This document shows positions 39,204-46,644 of a stretch of DNA of 64,000 nt, in pieces. The DNA is from Escherichia phage Ecwhy_1. The stretch's first letter is position 1; each line of letters begins with the position of its first letter. Where the stretch lies: sequence record MH791411.1, one strand, 5' to 3'. Under the pieces are notes generated by a model that was not told the DNA's origin, did not search any database, and saw only the letters and a program-made list of their open reading frames with translations. The translations under genes were made by a program, and so were the position numbers.

Positions 39204-39857
39204 TTATTTTGCTTTACGTTCAGCAAATGCCTGTTTAACTTTCTCAATTGCTTTGGTTTGTGAAATTCCTTCTGGGATTTCAATATAGAAAGTTTTGCTA
39301 TCAGGTGCTACAGGTGTTGCTTGAACTTGTGGACGTAGAGATGGTTCTAAGTTGTAAGCACGTTCAAAGTGCTCTTTAGCCAACTGCTCATAACGTTGTG
39401 CATCTTTAAGTAGTTGCTCAACAATGGTAGCTTCTTCAACAGAAGTATCGACTTCTTGTGGCTTGAATGGGTTGTATTCTTTAACTTTACCATCTTCATG
39501 TTTTTTAGCATCATTATCATTGATTGCGTTGTTTAGAACATCAAGAGAAATCTTACTGTTTCCACCAACATGCATATCAATATCACAAGTACGTGCACGA
39601 CGCAAATGTTGTAGATTATGAAGAACATCTAGCATTTTGCGACCGTCTAGATGACCAATCTTATGCATAACTTCCCACAAATCTACATTCGATTGACCTT
39701 GATTCATTACTAAATCTGCAACAGATTGAGCATATGCTTCAGGAAGTGAGTCGCGATAAACAATGAGACAATGTTCTGGATCATCAGGGAGTGAACGCCA
39801 TACCACAAATACTCGTGAACCCGTATTACGTACTACACCAACGTGACGAATAGCCAT
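39204..39857 (-). CDS. Hypothetical protein (217 aa)
   Basis: RBS aaaGGAGaataataATG, tightly packed in the operon. No motif recognised. Confidence 0.7.
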   Translation of the reverse strand: MAIRHVGVVRNTGSRVFVVWRSLPDDPEHCLIVYRDSLPEAYAQSVADLVMNQGQSNVDLWEVMHKIGHLDGRKMLDVLHNLQHLRRARTCDIDMHVGGNSKISLDVLNNAINDNDAKKHEDGKVKEYNPFKPQEVDTSVEEATIVEQLLKDAQRYEQLAKEHFERAYNLEPSLRPQVQATPVAPDSKTFYIEIPEGISQTKAIEKVKQAFAERKAK

Positions 39858-39859
39858 TA

Positions 39860-40090
39860 TTATTCTCCTTTATTTTGTTCAGCAGCAGCTTGTGCAGCAT
39901 CAGCTTCTTCTTGTGCTTTGATATCTTCGAGTGCAGAGTTAGCAAACTCAACAAACTTAGATACGACTGGAGCAACATCAACAAGTTCTTCGACTTTAAA
40001 TGAATTACGAGCCACAGCAGCTTCCATGATTTTAGCAGCGTTGATTAGGTCGATTAGGGTTAGTTGAATTTTTTCTGGTTCTTGTTCCAT
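39860..40090 (-). CDS. Small acidic hypothetical protein (76 aa)
   Basis: The track ORF extends to 40189 but would run through a terminator and a promoter. ATG 40090 (MEQEPEK) has catGGAGAGtattaaaATG and lies downstream of promoter 40125-40152. Confidence 0.6.
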   Translation of the reverse strand: MEQEPEKIQLTLIDLINAAKIMEAAVARNSFKVEELVDVAPVVSKFVEFANSALEDIKAQEEADAAQAAAEQNKGE

Positions 40091-40124
40091 TTTAATACTC
40101 TCCATGTATGTTGTTACAAATATA

Positions 40125-40152
40125 ATTATATCACCTTTTTCCAAGCTGTCCC
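40125..40152 (-). promoter_or_regulatory. sigma70-type promoter of the 76aa-217aa-SLOG-thyA operon
   Basis: Minus strand GGGACA-gcttggaaaaaggtga-TATAAT (16-nt spacer, TGa extended -10). Confidence 0.6.
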
Positions 40153-40155
40153 GCT

Positions 40156-40187
40156 GAAAAAAGTAGAGAACGGAATTTTCCGTTCTC
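40156..40187 (-). terminator. Rho-independent terminator after the VWA gene
   Basis: Minus strand gagaacgg-aaaatt-ccgttctc followed by tacTTTTTT. Confidence 0.75.
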
Positions 40188-40199
40188 ATTATTTAGTAC

Positions 40200-41609
40200 T
40201 TAGCTACGTTGACGCTTTTTGTCAGCTTCATATTCGTAGTGTACAGTTTCGCCAAATGGTGCTTGTTTGTTAGGATTACTGTGGATAACAAACAGTGTCT
40301 TACAGTAATCAGGATCACCCCATGACTGCCACGGCTCACCATCTGTAAACATAATAAGCTGTTTAGGCTTATAGTTGTCATGCTTCATATGAACCCATAC
40401 TGCTTCAAAGTCAGTACCACCACCACCTTTCACTGGATATTCGAGAATCTTACTCTCTTCACCAGTTTTGTAATCTTTCACAGTATAAACTTCAGTATCG
40501 AACGTCATGATACGGATTTTAAATTGTTTAAACTGCTTAGTGATACCCAGTACTTCACTGATGAAATCACGGAGCATATCTTCAGAGATAGAACCGGATG
40601 CATCTAGTGCAATTGCAATATCAATATCATCATCTGGTTTCATACCAGGGAAGATTGGATTCCCGTAGAATGAACCAGAACTACCAAAACCAGCACCCCA
40701 TGAACGACGATTAGGATTTTGATAAGTTGCATCAGACTTCAACCAGCTACGCAGTGTGCGGTGAAGTTTGGAACGCCAGTCAATCTTAGGTTCTTTGAAG
40801 TTGTTAATCATACGTGCGATTTCAGCAGGAGTACCACCTGCACGAGCAGCATTCATCATTGCTGTTTTGAAATCATCCATATAATCACGTTTTTGTTTAT
40901 CACTTGAACCACCTTCTTGACCTTCTTGTGGAACGTCATGCTGGTCGATTGTTGTACCTTTGCCTTTACCATCTTTGATATCACCAAAAGTACCGCGTGA
41001 TTTACCTTCACCCTCACCACTACCAGCCTGTGGATTTCCTTCACCTTCTCCGTCTTGATCCTGCTTATCTTCTTCTTCGAGAATGTTATAAATCTCTTCA
41101 GCAGTCATACCATCGTACTTTTTATCGTACAGCCATTGGCTTTGGATTTTACCAATTTTATCACGAACAAGAATCTGGTTAATTGCATAGTCAGCAGCAC
41201 GGTTATAACGCTGCGGGTCACGCATACCACGACGCAAGAAGTGGTCATATGCACAGTGAAGAATCTCATGACAGATAACTGCAATCAGGTTTTCATCGGT
41301 CAAACCTTCTGTCATTTCTTTAAGTTGTTCTTCAGTTACTTCAGGATGTTTCTCACGAATTGCTTCTTCGTATGCTGACTTTTTGGATTGGTCCTGAATA
41401 CCCATGATGAATTCTACGTTGTAGAATAAATGCTTACCATCTACAGCCAAAGTACGACACCATGTGTTGTTTGCAACTGGACGCAGACGAGAAGCCAGTA
41501 CACCAAAGAATGGGAATGTTAGCATTAAAGATGTGCGAGCTAAGATCAGACGATCTTGACATTCTTTCTGGAGAGCCGGAGTAACATCACTGAAACGTTT
41601 ATCTGACAT
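40200..41609 (-). CDS. VWA-domain protein with N-terminal HExxH putative metallopeptidase domain (DUF2201_N + DUF2201/VWA type)
   Basis: VICHEILHCAYDH (HExxH), RAADYAINQIL, MIDAS motif IALDASGSIS (DxSxS). Acidic/Gly-rich linker (EEEDKQDQDGEGEGNPQAGSGEGEG). RBS cGAGGAaatacaaATG. Confidence 0.85.
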   Translation of the reverse strand: MSDKRFSDVTPALQKECQDRLILARTSLMLTFPFFGVLASRLRPVANNTWCRTLAVDGKHLFYNVEFIMGIQDQSKKSAYEEAIREKHPEVTEEQLKEMTEGLTDENLIAVICHEILHCAYDHFLRRGMRDPQRYNRAADYAINQILVRDKIGKIQSQWLYDKKYDGMTAEEIYNILEEEDKQDQDGEGEGNPQAGSGEGEGKSRGTFGDIKDGKGKGTTIDQHDVPQEGQEGGSSDKQKRDYMDDFKTAMMNAARAGGTPAEIARMINNFKEPKIDWRSKLHRTLRSWLKSDATYQNPNRRSWGAGFGSSGSFYGNPIFPGMKPDDDIDIAIALDASGSISEDMLRDFISEVLGITKQFKQFKIRIMTFDTEVYTVKDYKTGEESKILEYPVKGGGGTDFEAVWVHMKHDNYKPKQLIMFTDGEPWQSWGDPDYCKTLFVIHSNPNKQAPFGETVHYEYEADKKRQRS

Positions 41610-41630
41610 TTGTATTTCCTCGTTTAGTTA

Positions 41631-41669
41631 AGATAAAAGAAGGATACCATGTGGTATCCTCCTTGTCAA
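41631..41669 (-). terminator. Intercistronic hairpin + T-run between MoxR and VWA genes (attenuator/partial terminator), overlapped by a weak promoter-like sequence
   Basis: Minus strand aggatacc-acat-ggtatcct followed by tcttttatc. TTGACA lies immediately upstream, with TATCCT (the hairpin 5' arm) 17 nt downstream. Confidence 0.5.
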
Positions 41670-41684
41670 CACTCTTTTTAATTA

Positions 41685-43013
41685 TTAACCAAGAGAGCGT
41701 GCTTTACGTACTAGGTCAGAGTACTTCATAACGAAGTCTTTAAACGCTGGTACATCTTTAATCGTAATCGCTACTTTATGAAGCGTGATGGTACGAATCG
41801 CCAGTACTGCCAGTTCTGCTTGAGTTGCAGAGAAGTTATGGTCTAGGAAGGTGATGAAGTTGTTGCACAGCTTACCCCAATCTTCCACTGGTAGACGTTG
41901 TTCTTGCTTCTCATTGTAGAGGTCGATAATTTTGTAAACCAGATTCAGAGTGATGAAGTAGTTCGCGGAAATATCAAGCGAAGCATCAATCTCTTTAATC
42001 TCACCCTGTAGGATGGACATGGTATCTGGTAGTTTAGCTACGTTATCAACATACTCGATGTATTCAGTTGCTACGCCTTCACCAACACGACCTGCAATCA
42101 TCGCACGGAACACTTCTTTATCAATGTTCTTAACTTTCTTCAGATCTTCGTAGCGTGCTACTGCTTCCCATGAACGTGGAGAAGTACCACCACAGTGAGA
42201 AGGATCTTGTGGGCTAAGGGTGTTGAAGTGTTTAGCACCAGTGTTGTTGATGAACGCTACAGTTGCTGGGTTCAAACGCTTACCAATCGCATAATCGTTA
42301 ATCCAATCTTGATGATAAGGAATCATTTCGATGTGGGTCATACGGTCACGCAGTGGTGTAGCTAGAGAGAACGTTACACCGCCATCAGTTTCACGGTTAC
42401 CTGCTGCGAGAATCAGTGCAGTCTTAGGTAGCTTCATCTCACCAACACAACGGTCGAGGATTAGCTGATAAGACGCTGCCTGTACAATCGGCATTGCAGA
42501 GTTGATTTCGTCAAACAGAATAACACCTTTCCAATCTGGAGACAGTTTCAGTACTTTAGGTGCTGCCCACACAACTGCTGTTTCAGCGATGTAATCTTGT
42601 GCACTAGCCAGTTCAGATTCAATCAGTTGCTTACCATCCATATCAAGGAACACTTTCTCTGGAACTGGGATACCGCGAAGGTCACTTGGTTCAATCTGAG
42701 ACAAACGGAAATCGATAAAGTTAGTGTCTTGGTCGATTAGTTTGGCTTCAAACGCTGCCAGTTCACGGCGAAGTTGATCAGCATTTTCAGTATCAGCTTC
42801 GATTTGTTGTTTCATGAACTCAATTTTTGCCACGTTATCTTTACGCAGTGGGTAGTTCTCATCAGCGTATTGACGTGCGATAGCAGATTTACCGATACCA
42901 GGGCTACCCCAAATCATCAGGCTATCTTGAATCATGTCAGCCAGTGCCATTGCTTCTTTAGCTTTCTTAGGAGTCAGTTTTACGTTCAGGATATCGTTGT
43001 TTTGAGTAGACAT
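41685..43013 (-). CDS. MoxR/CobS-like AAA+ ATPase (AAA_5 type)
   Basis: Walker A GSPGIGKS, Walker B VILFDEIN, sensor region ILAAGNRETDGG..PLRDRM. RBS caAAAGGAaaatatacATG. Confidence 0.85.
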   Translation of the reverse strand: MSTQNNDILNVKLTPKKAKEAMALADMIQDSLMIWGSPGIGKSAIARQYADENYPLRKDNVAKIEFMKQQIEADTENADQLRRELAAFEAKLIDQDTNFIDFRLSQIEPSDLRGIPVPEKVFLDMDGKQLIESELASAQDYIAETAVVWAAPKVLKLSPDWKGVILFDEINSAMPIVQAASYQLILDRCVGEMKLPKTALILAAGNRETDGGVTFSLATPLRDRMTHIEMIPYHQDWINDYAIGKRLNPATVAFINNTGAKHFNTLSPQDPSHCGGTSPRSWEAVARYEDLKKVKNIDKEVFRAMIAGRVGEGVATEYIEYVDNVAKLPDTMSILQGEIKEIDASLDISANYFITLNLVYKIIDLYNEKQEQRLPVEDWGKLCNNFITFLDHNFSATQAELAVLAIRTITLHKVAITIKDVPAFKDFVMKYSDLVRKARSLG

Positions 43014-43051
43014 GTATATTTTCCTTTTGTTGGATAAAATCGTTTAGGTTT

Positions 43052-43080
43052 CTATTATAGCCAATCCGTGGGCAAAAGTA
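43052..43080 (-). promoter_or_regulatory. Proximal sigma70-type promoter (P3) of the MoxR-VWA operon
   Basis: Minus strand TTTACT-tttgcccacggattggc-TATAAT (17-nt spacer). The -35 overlaps the foot of the hairpin. Confidence 0.45.
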
Positions 43081-43120
43081 AAGGAACTGTGTTAAAAGAA
43101 TTTTTAACTTATCAGTTCCT
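43068..43120 (-). terminator. Long leader hairpin with U-rich tail (terminator/attenuator) downstream of P1/P2
   Basis: 10-bp outer stem (aaaggaactg/cagttccttt) plus 7-bp inner stem (gttaaaa/ttttaac) with a 4-nt loop. On the minus strand it is followed by ACTTTTGCCC. Confidence 0.5.
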
Positions 43121-43186
43121 TTGTTACTTCATGAATCATCCGTGTATTTAAAAAGGCATTTCTCTTTGCCGTCTTGATGTGGTCAT
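43068..43186 (-). ncRNA. Candidate ~120-nt small RNA / leader transcript (P2 start to hairpin terminator)
   Basis: Consensus promoter P2 followed ~110 nt later by a terminator-like hairpin, with no convincing ORF between them (only an 11-codon ATG frame without SD). Purely structural inference. Confidence 0.2.
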
Positions 43187-43230
43187 TATATCACATCGTT
43201 CAGGCTTGTCAACAACTTTTTTATTTCTTT
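43187..43230 (-). promoter_or_regulatory. Consensus sigma70-type promoter P2 (copy 1 of a duplicated 44-bp cassette)
   Basis: Minus strand TTGACA-agcctgaacgatgtga-TATAAT (-35 at 43215-43220, -10 at 43193-43198, TGa extended -10). About 38/44 nt identical to the copy at 43271-43314. Confidence 0.75.
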
Positions 43231-43270
43231 TTCAATCTCACATCTTGTGATTTTGAAAACTTGCTTCGTG

Positions 43271-43314
43271 GTGGTCATTATAACACATCATTCGGCGTTG
43301 TCAACATCTTTTTT
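43271..43314 (-). promoter_or_regulatory. Consensus sigma70-type promoter P1 (copy 2 of the duplicated cassette)
   Basis: Minus strand TTGACA-acgccgaatgatgtgt-TATAAT (-35 at 43299-43304, -10 at 43277-43282). Lies 84 nt upstream of P2. Confidence 0.75.
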
Positions 43315-43329
43315 TCTTTATTTTCGAAG

Positions 43330-43707
43330 CTACATGTGCATCGAAAATAACATTCTAAAATCATCACCACACAATGTTAACTCTGTAACTATCATTGCGT
43401 CCGAGAGGTATATGTACTGCCCTTCTACATAGTAGGGTGAAGTACATATCCTATCAAGCGATGTAAAGATTATAGAACTTTTGAACTCTCTTTGCAAGGG
43501 GATTTTTGTAAATTCGTAAAGAATGTTTTCTTTACAAATTGTATATCCAAACTTGCTAAGTCTTAAACCACCGCCAGTTCTGAAATTTTCAAAAATTGAC
43601 ATCAGAAGCATACGGTCTGTTAATTCAGCGTCTGATCCATGTACTTCTCTAACTTTTAAAAGTACATCGTTTTGAAATTCAGTACTGTTGTGTGGTTCAG
43701 GAATCAT
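43330..43707 (-). CDS. Hypothetical protein (125 aa)
   Basis: Last gene of the long leftward late operon. An SD-like GGGGA sits upstream of the ATG. Confidence 0.6.
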   Translation of the reverse strand: MIPEPHNSTEFQNDVLLKVREVHGSDAELTDRMLLMSIFENFRTGGGLRLSKFGYTICKENILYEFTKIPLQREFKSSIIFTSLDRICTSPYYVEGQYIYLSDAMIVTELTLCGDDFRMLFSMHM

Positions 43708-43710
43708 AAA

Positions 43711-44103
43711 TTACATCCCCACGAAACCCTGTCTTGCTGCATATGAAGGAGCATCTTTAACTTTATAGTCTTGGACACCATCTTTACCAATTTTCGGACC
43801 CATATCTTTGGTTCCGAAGCAGCAATCAGTGGATTCATCAACTTCTTCAGTACTTTCATCATTATATCGAACATCCGATAAAATGTCACACGCTTTTTGA
43901 AGCTTTTCTACGATTTCTTTTTGATCTTCACCTGATTTAACCTTATCCACAATGTGGATAAGGCATTCGGTGATATCTTTAAGTAAATCGGTGGCAACAG
44001 CATCAGAAGGAGTCTCAACTGCAAAACTTTCTTCTTCAGTAGATTCTTCACTAGAAGTGATTTCATCTAATGCTTCAACCAATTCACGATAATTATATCC
44101 CAT
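43711..44103 (-). CDS. Acidic hypothetical protein (130 aa)
   Basis: RBS aGGGGAcaaataagATG. Glu/Asp/Ser-rich (SSEESTEEESF, NDESTEEVDESTD). Confidence 0.65.
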   Translation of the reverse strand: MGYNYRELVEALDEITSSEESTEEESFAVETPSDAVATDLLKDITECLIHIVDKVKSGEDQKEIVEKLQKACDILSDVRYNDESTEEVDESTDCCFGTKDMGPKIGKDGVQDYKVKDAPSYAARQGFVGM

Positions 44104-44104
44104 C

Positions 44105-45097
44105 TTATTTGTCCCCTAGAAATTGTTGATATTTCTTCTGGAGACTTTCGAAAATGTCTTCGACTTCTTCATCGCTTTCATCTTCTAGTTCTTCGTTACC
44201 TTCCACTGACTCATCACTCTCATTAACATTGAGTGGGTTGTCACCTAGAGCAGTACCTGGAAACTTAGGTTCAAATTTGTGAACACGGTTCTCGTTACCG
44301 TCATTGTCATAGTACTCTGGTTCAGGACGATTGTCAACATCTTCATCAACGACACGTCTCCAGTAGAACTTGTTACCCTTGGTAATAACAACAAAGTGGT
44401 CACCTTCTACACCATTAGTTTTAGCTTGACCGTCACGAACAGCATCAGCTTCAGTGTTGTAAGGACCAAAATCAGTACTGTCACCTTGTTCTTCATCTTC
44501 AGAGATGGTTAGGTCTGGTAGGAAAGTGTTTTCTTCAACTTTAACTTCAGTATCTGGGTTACCTTCTACTGAATATTCATCTTCTGGTTCGTCTTGAAGA
44601 CCAGCTAGAGATAGCATACGACTGAAATCGAATTCTTCTTCGATGATTTCTTCTTCTTCTTCCTCTTCTTCAACTGATTCTAGTTGAGGTTGACCGGAAA
44701 GATCTAAAGAAAACTCTTCTTCATCTGCAACACCAGGCTCTTCGAACTCTGCATCCATACTTACTTCTTCAGAATCACCACCAAAATCACCAGCTTCAGC
44801 AGATAGTGAGTCAGCAGCTACTTCCAATGGGTCTTCAACTGGTGCATCAATCGCACCATCCATTGTACCACCAACTTCTTCTTCAGCACCCGCACCAATG
44901 GAATCCATGTCGAGTGGAGCGATTGGTGGTAGAGAAGGGGTCATAGACCCCATAGAAGGAACTGGAGCAGCAACAGGAGAAGCTTGACGCTCTGCTTGAC
45001 CAGCTAATGCAAGCATACGAGATAGTGTTTCTAGATCTTCAGATTCTAGACCTGCGATATCGATTTTAACTTGTGCTTCATTAATTTTTTTAGCCAT
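44105..45097 (-). CDS. Hyper-acidic protein (330 aa)
   Basis: RBS aAAGGAtttatttaaaATG. Long Asp/Glu tracts including SVEEEEEEEEIIEEEFDF, with only the C-terminal third mixed in composition. Confidence 0.7.
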   Translation of the reverse strand: MAKKINEAQVKIDIAGLESEDLETLSRMLALAGQAERQASPVAAPVPSMGSMTPSLPPIAPLDMDSIGAGAEEEVGGTMDGAIDAPVEDPLEVAADSLSAEAGDFGGDSEEVSMDAEFEEPGVADEEEFSLDLSGQPQLESVEEEEEEEEIIEEEFDFSRMLSLAGLQDEPEDEYSVEGNPDTEVKVEENTFLPDLTISEDEEQGDSTDFGPYNTEADAVRDGQAKTNGVEGDHFVVITKGNKFYWRRVVDEDVDNRPEPEYYDNDGNENRVHKFEPKFPGTALGDNPLNVNESDESVEGNEELEDESDEEVEDIFESLQKKYQQFLGDK

Positions 45098-45119
45098 TTT
45101 AAATAAATCCTTTTAGTTA

Positions 45120-46631
45120 TCAATCATTCTTATTTAATGATTTTAAAATTTGCACTGTTTCATCCTTTTTACCAGATAGTAAAATGTCAGCAGCAATTAG
45201 AGAAACCTCATCACCACGCGTTAAGAGTACTGTAATTTTCTTAGCGTAAGGTGATTCTTTAATTCGTGAAGCCAATGATTGAACTTCATCACCAGGAGCA
45301 GGAACTTCAGGTTCTGGCTCTGATACAGGTTCTGGTTCTTTAGTAGGTTCAGCTTTTGGTTCAACTACATCAGTACTTGATACTTCAGCATCTACTTTCT
45401 CTTCAGGTTCTTCTTCTTTCTTATCAGCATGTTCTGCATCATAACGAGCAAGAATGTCATCAGCAGTTGATTTTGGAATCAATTTACCTTCTGCACTGAT
45501 AAAGCGGTTACCACCGATATAAGAATACTCTGTGCCTTTCTTAGATTTTACTTTAGTTCCGATTTTCATTGCACCAGAACTGTTATGGCGAATTATATCA
45601 CGTTGAGCAGCACGTTCAACACTTTTTGCAGCACTAGAATTTAGTTGTTTTTTAGTTTCTACATCAAACCATGCATTTTTTTGTTTAATGTATGTTTTAC
45701 CTTTATTTGAAGTAATGCGGTAACCATGTGGAACCACAACAGATTCAGTTTCTTCAATCTCTTCATCTGCTTCATTAATGGATTCTTTTGTTGCGAATAC
45801 TGGCTGTTTTACTGGTTGTTTAGGTTGTTCTGGCTTTTCACCTGAACCAAAACGTTGTTCACCTGATTCATGATCACCAGTTAGTGAAGGAAAATCACCA
45901 GGGTTAGCCTTAACAAATTGCTGATATGCATTAAAGATTACATGTGCATTTTGTTCTGGAATTACAACATTACCATCATTATCACAAAATTCTTTACCAT
46001 TCCATTCTGAACGAGTATTACCTTGTACTAATGTAGATTTAATTGGAATTAGTTTGTTTTTTGGTGCTAATTGGCGAGCAATACGCATACCTTCATCGGA
46101 AAGTTTACGTGTCATTGCTGGGTCAACTGGACGTCCAGATTTTGCATCAACAAAACGGTGATTTTTAGGGATGAATTTAAATCCACTAACTTCCATACCT
46201 GCTGGAATAGAAATATCATCAGCATATGGTGGAAGGATATAGAATTTTAGGGAGTTCCATTCTTTTTGTAGAGTTTCTTTTGAAACATTATATACACGGT
46301 GGTCATCTGCCATTAGTTCAGTGATAATTTCACTTTCAGTTAGTAGAATTCCATCTTTAGAATTGAAACGATTTTCACCAAGAAATGTACACTCTTTACC
46401 TTCAAGAATATATTTTTTACCAATTTTATATTCACTAGAAGATAGATTGTGCTCAACAATCTGTTGTCGAGCACTTGCGTACATGGATGGGTATTTTTTA
46501 GGGTCTACCATTAACATATTATTGTCGTTAAACCAGAAACCTTCTAGAAATACATATTTGCCACCAGTGTGAGAAGTATATACATATCCATTAGGTACTG
46601 TGGTAGTTTCAGTACTGAAAAAATTATCCAT
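45120..46631 (-). CDS. Hypothetical protein with internal ~90-aa domain duplication
   Basis: ATG 46631 (MDNFFSTE) has aaGGAGaatcaacacATG; the track start 46673 overlaps the upstream gene. Repeat: VPNGYVYTSHTGGKY...IVEHNLSSSEYKIGKKY...GENRFNSKDGILL vs VPHGYRITSNKGKTY...IIRHNSSGAMKIGTKV...GGNRFISAEGKLI. Pro/Glu-rich linker near the C-terminus. Confidence 0.7.
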   Translation of the reverse strand: MDNFFSTETTTVPNGYVYTSHTGGKYVFLEGFWFNDNNMLMVDPKKYPSMYASARQQIVEHNLSSSEYKIGKKYILEGKECTFLGENRFNSKDGILLTESEIITELMADDHRVYNVSKETLQKEWNSLKFYILPPYADDISIPAGMEVSGFKFIPKNHRFVDAKSGRPVDPAMTRKLSDEGMRIARQLAPKNKLIPIKSTLVQGNTRSEWNGKEFCDNDGNVVIPEQNAHVIFNAYQQFVKANPGDFPSLTGDHESGEQRFGSGEKPEQPKQPVKQPVFATKESINEADEEIEETESVVVPHGYRITSNKGKTYIKQKNAWFDVETKKQLNSSAAKSVERAAQRDIIRHNSSGAMKIGTKVKSKKGTEYSYIGGNRFISAEGKLIPKSTADDILARYDAEHADKKEEEPEEKVDAEVSSTDVVEPKAEPTKEPEPVSEPEPEVPAPGDEVQSLASRIKESPYAKKITVLLTRGDEVSLIAADILLSGKKDETVQILKSLNKND

Positions 46632-46644
46632 GTGTTGATTCTCC

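Noticed and set aside
39860-40189. The full 109-aa version of the small acidic ORF, and the full 13871, 46673, 56385, 61436 and 63673 track starts
   Set aside because: The extended N-termini run through terminators or promoters, or overlap upstream genes, and use TTG/GTG or SD-less ATG codons. Internal ATG (or SD-preceded TTG) starts fit the signals better.
43014-43330. tRNA or other structured RNA gene in the long non-coding gap, and a CRISPR-like array from the repeated 44-bp units
   Set aside because: No T-loop (GTTCGAATC-like) or cloverleaf can be drawn. There are only two repeat copies, and each is a textbook -35/-10 promoter, which explains the repetition.
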